The notes under the pieces were generated by a model, which had not been told where the DNA came from, did not search any database, and was given only the letters and a program-made list of their open reading frames with translations. From NCBI RefSeq assembly GCF_028369105.1, contig NZ_JAQNDO010000001.1, positions 1,843,711-1,907,710 of the forward strand: a stretch of DNA of 64,000 nucleotides. The letters run 5' to 3'. This stretch comes from Polyangium mundeleinium. Lineage in GTDB: Bacteria > Myxococcota_A > Polyangia > Polyangiales > Polyangiaceae. Made by a program: the position numbers and the translations under genes. Position 1 is the first letter of the stretch. Every line of letters starts with the position of its first letter. Positions 58,609-64,000 of the stretch are shown one piece after another.

Positions 58609-59226
58609 ATGACGCCTCGTTCGCAGTCGACCGACTTCCCCGCGGCCATTGCGGCCCTCGTCCCGGACATTCGCCAGCTCGTCATGGGTGCATTGCGGCG
58701 CCAGGGGGCGGATCCGGACCTCGCCGAGGAGCTGATTCAGGAGATCGTCATCACGCTCCTCGGTAGCGCGTCGACCTATCGTCCCGAGCTCGGCGCGCTC
58801 CGGCCGTGGGCGCATGGCGTCGCGATGAATGTGGTGAAGAACCGCCGCCGGAGCCGCGTCGGCTTCAAGGGTGGCGAACGCTCCACGAGCACACGTGCCG
58901 CTGGGCCCTTCCAAGCACCGCCCTATGGGCGTTTCTCCTCGCCGGCGCGCGCCCGGTGCCGCCTTCCCTGGCGCGCGCTGGCCTTCACGTTCCTGCGGTC
59001 CACGTGGCGGCGCAGGCGGAGACGCCGCACGCAGAGGCCCTCGCCCTTCCGGCGCTCTCCCTTGCCACCGAACGCCGCACGCCGACGCCTCCTTCGCCTC
59101 GCCGCGAGGCCCGGCCTCGGCTCCTTTTTCACATCCAGGGCATTACGCCCGGAGACGAAGGGGGTTCGTCCCGGTAATGGACGGCCTTGCAGCATGCGTC
59201 GCGCCGCGTGTACCATGCGGGGATGA
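58609..59226 (+). CDS. ECF-type sigma factor (clear region 2; Arg-rich atypical region 4)
   Basis: DPDLAEELIQEIVITLL...WAHGVAMNVVKNRRR matches Sigma70_r2. The C-terminal LPPNAARRRLLRLAARPGLGS only loosely resembles region 4.2. It is divergent from the Cys-rich paralogs. Confidence 0.5.
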   Translation: MTPRSQSTDFPAAIAALVPDIRQLVMGALRRQGADPDLAEELIQEIVITLLGSASTYRPELGALRPWAHGVAMNVVKNRRRSRVGFKGGERSTSTRAAGPFQAPPYGRFSSPARARCRLPWRALAFTFLRSTWRRRRRRRTQRPSPFRRSPLPPNAARRRLLRLAARPGLGSFFTSRALRPETKGVRPGNGRPCSMRRAACTMRG

Positions 59227-59579
59227 TTCGAGCGTTCGGGGGCCTTTCGTTGTTGGTGGCGCTCGGCGGCGTTGCGAGGGCGGAGACCGGCACCGACGCG
59301 GACGCTGCCGCGGCCGTGCGATTCGAGGCCCTCGCGACGATGGGGGACCGCGCGCGCGCCGCAGGGCGGCTCCGGGAAGCTGCCATCGCGTATGGGCAGG
59401 CGCTGGAGGTGCGGAACGATCCGCTCGTCGCGGGCCGGCTCGGCGTGCTGCTCGTGGAGATGGGCACGCCCGGGCAAAGCCGTTCGGTCTCAGAAGGTGG
59501 GAGACCTCCGGCCCCGCGGACGCGCGGAGCGAGCGAAGAGCGTGTCGGGTCTACAGGCTGGGAAAGCCGAGGAATTTGA
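59223..59579 (+). CDS. Small secreted protein, ATGA-coupled to the ECF sigma gene
   Basis: Signal peptide LVALGGVARA/ETG. It has no cytoplasmic anti-sigma-like domain. Confidence 0.4.
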   Translation: MIRAFGGLSLLVALGGVARAETGTDADAAAAVRFEALATMGDRARAAGRLREAAIAYGQALEVRNDPLVAGRLGVLLVEMGTPGQSRSVSEGGRPPAPRTRGASEERVGSTGWESRGI

Positions 59580-59625
59580 CGAGAGACGTTGTGGACCTGT
59601 ATGTCGGAGTGCGGAGGGAGGACCT

Positions 59626-59997
59626 ATGAAGCTGCTCGCAGGTCTCGGAGCGCTTTTTCTGTACGGTTCGCTCGGTGTCGCGTCGGGCGTGGGTGACATC
59701 CAGCAAGAACCGCCGCCGCCCATGTCGTTGACAACGATGGGAGCCGCGCCCACAGGAGTTGTGCCCGAAGGGGGCGCGGCGGTGCAGGCGGCGGGCTCGA
59801 CAGGACGGCGGCCCGTAATGCTCCAGGAAATGAGCGATGAGGAGAAGGAGCGACGGAGAGAGGAATGCGCAACGTTGTACGAGCACTGCTACGATTGGTG
59901 CGGGAAGGCGCACAAGCGCGGCAGTGCTGCGCTGCGGCGTTGCAATCAGGAGTGCTCGGACAAGAATACAGAGTGCATGAAAAAGATTCCGAACTGA
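59626..59997 (+). CDS. Small secreted protein with C-terminal 6-Cys module
   Basis: SD GGAGGGAGG. Signal peptide, then CATLYEHCYDWCGKAHKRGSAALRRCNQECSDKNTEC. Confidence 0.5.
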   Translation: MKLLAGLGALFLYGSLGVASGVGDIQQEPPPPMSLTTMGAAPTGVVPEGGAAVQAAGSTGRRPVMLQEMSDEEKERRREECATLYEHCYDWCGKAHKRGSAALRRCNQECSDKNTECMKKIPN

Positions 59998-60013
59998 AGC
60001 CACGGCGCACCTG

Positions 60014-60691
60014 ATGGACATCCTGACGACACGAACCCTGCGGTACACCGACGAGGGCGGCGGGACCGAGGAGGATGTGGTTCTCACCATCTTCGTGCCC
60101 TTCGAACAAGACGATGGGCAATGGTTGTGCGTGTTCGATTTCGAACCGCCCATCAAGCCAAGGTTCATGAAGGGGTGCGGCGTCGACATCATCCAGGCAT
60201 TCGTCCACTGCCTGATCTTTGCGCGCCTCTCCTTCGAAACCACACGCTGGTCGAGGACCGGCCATTGGCAAGGATTACGCGACTGCGGCTTGCCCATGAA
60301 CAAGGGTCCCTGGCCGGATCAGCCGCCCGAAATCCCACCACCCGAAGACAACCCCGGAACCCTCGAGGTCTTTGCGACCCGGAGGCTCGGCTGTCCTGAC
60401 GAAACCGGCGCAGCCACGGAGCTTCTCCTCACCGTTTTCAAGCCCTACCAGGCAGAGGGCGACACGTGGAAATGCGCCTTCGCCTTCGGTCCATCCGAGA
60501 CCGCGCCCATTCGCCATGGCACCGGAGCGGACTTCATCGAGGCCGCTCTCGACGGGCTCGCCCTGGCGCGAGCGACCTACGAAAGCATGCTGCCGAAGGG
60601 CTGGGCTCCGGCGTCGGAAAACCTCCTCGATTGTGATGACCTGCCCTTCAAAATCGGGCGGTCGTTCTGGACGGGTGGGCCGACGTCGTAG
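60014..60691 (+). CDS. Cytoplasmic protein composed of two tandem ~85-aa homologous domains
   Basis: Internal repeat VVLTIFVPFEQDDGQWLCVFDF... versus LLLTVFKPYQAEGDTWKCAFAF... No signal peptide. It starts 17 nt after the preceding gene. Confidence 0.55.
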   Translation: MDILTTRTLRYTDEGGGTEEDVVLTIFVPFEQDDGQWLCVFDFEPPIKPRFMKGCGVDIIQAFVHCLIFARLSFETTRWSRTGHWQGLRDCGLPMNKGPWPDQPPEIPPPEDNPGTLEVFATRRLGCPDETGAATELLLTVFKPYQAEGDTWKCAFAFGPSETAPIRHGTGADFIEAALDGLALARATYESMLPKGWAPASENLLDCDDLPFKIGRSFWTGGPTS

Positions 60692-60742
60692 CGCCGAGGA
60701 ACACCGCTTCGTCTCGCCGGTGGATGTCCTTGGGCTTCGGGC

Positions 60743-61641
60743 GTGGGAGGGGGCGCATGCTCGGCGCCAGACGGCTTCTGGCGCGGGGAGTGCGATCCGG
60801 ACCCGTTTTCCCCGAGCGAGCTGTGCCCGGAGCCGCAAGATGCTGGCACCGACGCCGATGCCGATAGCGACGCTGGCCTTGGCACCCCTGGTGCGGATCC
60901 CCAGTCGACGAGCTGTGAGCACGGTGGCGGTCGTTGCGTCCCGGTGCCGAGCGGCGGGGAACATGCGGGATTGTGGAGCAAGGAGCCGATCGCGTTATGG
61001 GTGGGTCCGACGCCCAAGGAAGGGGATCCGCCGCTCGTGTGTCCGAAGGGCACATCGAGCGAGCAATTCCGCCTCTACAGATGGAGGAGCCGTGCCAGCC
61101 CGTGAAGGCGGTGCCGGATTTCACGACGAAGACCGAATGGCAGACGGCAGCGCTCGGGTGTACGGCCAACCTGGACGATGATTCATGCGGTTCGCGCGAG
61201 AAGTCTTGCGTCGCGGATCCGGGGTTCGAGTACCTGCAATGTGTGCACCGGGAAGGGAAGTTCACGCTGGAGGATTGCCCGATGAACTACCGCTATGCGT
61301 GGTATGTGGGGTATCCAGAGAAAGCAGTGGACGATCGCGGGTGCGAGGCGTGCGCGTGCGGGCCCGTCGCGGGGAGTGGTTGTGTGGCTTCGGTCCGGCT
61401 CTACAACGACGCCGCTTGCGCGTCGCAGTTCGAGCAGGGCGGCCTCGCCTCCGGCTACGAGAAGTGCATCAACATCGTCGCGCCCGGCCGGGCCCTCGGA
61501 GCCAAAGCGATCACGGATCTCGCCTACGTGCCTGGCGAATGCGCGAGCAGCGGCGGCACGCCCACCGGGGCGGCGACGCGGGACGCCACCGGCGCGGTGA
61601 CGTTCTGCTGCCTCGGGCCGTTTTACCTCGACATCAACTGA
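60743..61641 (+). pseudogene. Frameshifted/decayed Cys-rich secreted-protein gene sharing the leader of the 56837 lipoprotein
   Basis: The conserved leader ATG at 60757 opens only a 36-aa frame. A protein-like reading needs the GTG frame 60743-61105 plus a +1 shift near 61040-61060 into the 60934-61641 frame (Cys/Trp/Tyr-rich, ending FCCLGPFYLDIN). Confidence 0.4.
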
Positions 61642-61746
61642 ACACGGCCCCGCGCACCTCGTGCCCGCCGGATTTGCAGATGAGCGCCTCGCTGGCCTGG
61701 GGTGCAGTATGGGGCAACGCCCGAGCTCCGCGCCTGCACGAAGCCG

Positions 61747-62060
61747 CGTGTGCATTCATGGGGCGGCCTTGTGCCTTCGTGACGGCGACGTCTGCCGCGG
61801 CGGAGCGAGTGTGTGCATTTTCACGTCGGCGCGCTGCATTCCTGCGGTCGGCGCGTGCCTCCATGGCAGCGACGTGTGCCGCCACACGTCGAGGGCCTGC
61901 CTTGGGGTGGGGCGAGCGTGCCTTCGCGGGGAGAGGGTGTGCCGTCCCACGTGGACGGCGTGCCTTGGCGGGGTGGGGGGATGCATCCGTGGGGGAGGGG
62001 GTTGCCGCGCGGGGGCGGGGGCGTGCAATCACGCGCCGGATCACGCATTCCTGGGCCGCC
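61747..62060. repeat. Degenerate ~22-nt G-rich tandem repeat array (~13 units, consensus GTGCCTTSGCGGGGWGGGG)
   Basis: Units read directly, e.g. GTGCCTTGGGGTGGGGCGAGC, GTGCCTTCGCGGGGAGAGGGT and GTGCCTTGGCGGGGTGGGGGG. There are multiple G4-capable GGGG runs and no convincing ORF. Confidence 0.5.
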
Positions 62061-62168
62061 GGGCTCGAGGCGAAGGCCAGGAGATAACGCTCCGGTCACC
62101 CCGCCCCTCCGCCCCGCAACGCCGCCTCCCCCTCCGACATCGAAACCACGATCGAGGAGGATCTTCCA

Positions 62169-63821
62169 ATGGAGCGCTGGGACACGGTCGTCGTTGGATC
62201 GGGTTCGGGGGGACTCACGGCCGCGGTCGCGCTCGCGCGGGCGGGGCAGCGCGTCCTCGTCCTCGAACAGCATTATTTGCCGGGCGGCTGGACGCACAGC
62301 TTCGCGCTCGACGGATATCGGTTCAGCCCGGGCGTCCATTACATCGGCGAACTCGGCCCAGGCCAGTCCGTCCGGGCGTTGTACGAGGGCCTCGGCCTCT
62401 CCTCGGACCTCGTCTTCCACGAACTCAACCCAGACGGCTTCGACCATTTCGTCATCGGCGGCGAGCGCTTCGACGTCCCGCGTGGCTTCGATCGCTACTT
62501 CGAGCGCCTCGTCTCCCGCTTCCCCCACGAGCGCAAAGGGCTCGAACGATACTTCGACGTCGTCGGCCGTATCGTCTCCGACACGCTCCGCTGCGAGGAT
62601 CTCCTCGCCTCGCCACAAGGCGCGCTCGCGCTCCCGTTTCGCGGAAAAAGCCTCGTCACCTGGGGCCTCCGCACCCAGCGCGCCCTCCTCGACGGCACTG
62701 TTCGCGACCCGCTCCTCCGGGGCATCCTCGCCGCGCAATCGGGCAACCATGGGTTGCCTCCCTCGCGCGTCTCGCTCCCCCTCCATGCCCGCATGATCAC
62801 CCATTACTACGACGGCGGGTATTATCCGCGCGGCGGCGCCAAGCGCATTCCGTCGGCCATGATCAAGGCCCTCCGCAAGCGCGGCGGCGAGATCCGCCTC
62901 CGCACCCGCGTCCGCCGCATCCTCGTCGAATCCGGCCGCGCGGCCGGCGTCGAGCTCGCCTCGGGCGAGCGTATCCTCGCCCGCGCCGTCGTCTCCAATG
63001 CCGACCCCGCGATCACCTTCGGCGCGCTCCTCGAATCGCCGCACGGCGAGCGCGAGCGCCGGAAGATCCGCCGCATGGAATACTCCGTCGGCCTGCTCAG
63101 CGTCTTCTGCGCCACCGACCTCGACCTCTCCGCGATGGGCCTCGATTCGGGCAATTGCTGGTGTTATCGCACCCTCGACGTGAACGGCGTCTACGAACGC
63201 GCCCTCCACGCGCTCCCCCACGGAATCGTCGAGGGCCTCTTCCTCACGGTCACCACCTTGAAGGACCCCGGCCACGCGCCGAAGGGCCACCATACCCTGG
63301 AGCTCTTCACGTTCGTCCCCTACGAACCCTTCGAACGCTGGGCCGGCAACGCCGCGGCGCGGCCCGCGGGATACCACGACCTCAAGGAGCGGCTCGGCGA
63401 CGCCATGATCGCCGCGGCCGAGCGCGTGATTCCGGGGCTCGGCAAGAACCTCACCTTCCGCGCCGTGGGCACGCCCCTCACGAACGATTTTTATTGCGAG
63501 ACCCACCGCGGCGCGAGTTATGGCACGGCGAAGATCCCCGCCCAGCTCGGCCCCTTTTCGTTCCCCATTCGATCGAGCGTCCCCGGGCTCTACAGCGTCG
63601 GCGCGAGCACGCTCAGCCACGGCGTCGCGGGCGCGGCCACGTCCGGCCTCTTCGCGGCGCGGGACATCCTCGGCCTCCGGCGCATCGAGGACCTCCTCGC
63701 CCCGTCCGACGGCTCGCTCCAGGTCGTCCTGGCCAGCGACGTCGCGCCCGCCTCCGGGCCCCGCAGGCCCGCACATGCCGCGCCTCCCGAGGACGACGCC
63801 GAGGACGCGCTCGCCTCCTGA
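62169..63821 (+). CDS. FAD-dependent oxidoreductase of the phytoene desaturase (CrtI/COG1233) family
   Basis: N-terminal Rossmann DTVVVGSGSGGLTAAVALARAGQRVLVLE and CrtI-like length. SD GAGGAGG. Confidence 0.8.
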   Translation: MERWDTVVVGSGSGGLTAAVALARAGQRVLVLEQHYLPGGWTHSFALDGYRFSPGVHYIGELGPGQSVRALYEGLGLSSDLVFHELNPDGFDHFVIGGERFDVPRGFDRYFERLVSRFPHERKGLERYFDVVGRIVSDTLRCEDLLASPQGALALPFRGKSLVTWGLRTQRALLDGTVRDPLLRGILAAQSGNHGLPPSRVSLPLHARMITHYYDGGYYPRGGAKRIPSAMIKALRKRGGEIRLRTRVRRILVESGRAAGVELASGERILARAVVSNADPAITFGALLESPHGERERRKIRRMEYSVGLLSVFCATDLDLSAMGLDSGNCWCYRTLDVNGVYERALHALPHGIVEGLFLTVTTLKDPGHAPKGHHTLELFTFVPYEPFERWAGNAAARPAGYHDLKERLGDAMIAAAERVIPGLGKNLTFRAVGTPLTNDFYCETHRGASYGTAKIPAQLGPFSFPIRSSVPGLYSVGASTLSHGVAGAATSGLFAARDILGLRRIEDLLAPSDGSLQVVLASDVAPASGPRRPAHAAPPEDDAEDALAS

Positions 63822-64000
63822 TCGACGCGGGCCCTTTCCCCCGCCCACCCTTTCCGCTATCGCATGGGCGTCGTGCCCGATTCACGCCCTGCCTGGTCGC
63901 TTTTCCTCGACGTCCTCCGTGGACCCCGCGCCGCGATGGCCGGCGTCGCGGCGCGCGCGGACGCGCGGGAAGGGCGGGCGGCCATGCTCGTGCTCGGCGC

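Noticed and set aside
58871-59629. 252-aa plus-strand ORF and 58923-59477 minus-strand ORF overlapping the ECF sigma gene
   Set aside because: They are Arg/Gly-rich low complexity. The ECF region 2 frame and the coupled downstream signal-peptide protein explain the region better.
63864-64000. Possible start of a further plus-strand gene (MGVVPDSRPAWSLFLDVLRG...) at the window edge
   Set aside because: It is too short and has no recognisable motif, so it is not reported as a feature.

Overview
A 64 kb window from a ~70% GC chromosome that I take to be a myxobacterium (Myxococcota). The grounds are a MYXO-CTERM-type sorting tail, an MglA-family GTPase paralog, DUF4388 and PocR domains, and many Cys-rich secreted lipoproteins. 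The core of the window is the conserved tRNA(Thr-Tyr-Gly-Thr)-tuf-rpmG-tRNA(Trp)-secE-nusG-rplKAJL-rpoBC block at roughly 31.0-45.9 kb. Housekeeping genes flank it: nrdJ (5' partial), thiL, thrB-type homoserine kinase, hflX, a cysG-N-like precorrin-2 dehydrogenase, hisIE, lgt, panB and an HDAC-family deacetylase. Unusual loci are: (i) a minus-strand run of M48 protease, dynamin-like GTPase, MglA-like GTPase, PocR-type histidine kinase and thiL; (ii) an RpoH-like sigma factor carrying a 4x internally repeated ~480-aa N-terminal extension, downstream of an AT-rich divergent control region with TTGTACAA palindromes; (iii) a TSP3-repeat lipoprotein, Omp85 barrel and small periplasmic protein operon; (iv) a MshEN, degenerate HD-GYP, REC, DUF4388 signalling protein directly after the rpoC terminator; (v) an accessory-looking ~6 kb island (56.2-62.2 kb). 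The island holds an ECF sigma factor divergent from two tandem paralogous secreted Cys-rich proteins, several small secreted Cys proteins, a cytoplasmic protein with an internal domain duplication, a frameshifted or decayed paralog, a duplicated ~47-nt leader/SD/start element, a TGTTTCGCG-motif array and a G-rich degenerate ~22-nt tandem repeat array. The same repeated-motif, tandem-paralog and pseudogene pattern is not seen elsewhere in the window. I also see a probable frameshift in the lysine/acidic C-terminal tail of lgt. No CRISPR array, transposase, integrase or recognisable phage gene is present. The very long antisense ORFs, such as the 3550-aa ORF opposite rpoBC, are GC-composition artefacts. 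Coordinates were hand-derived from the printed sequence; starts are ±a few codons where flagged.
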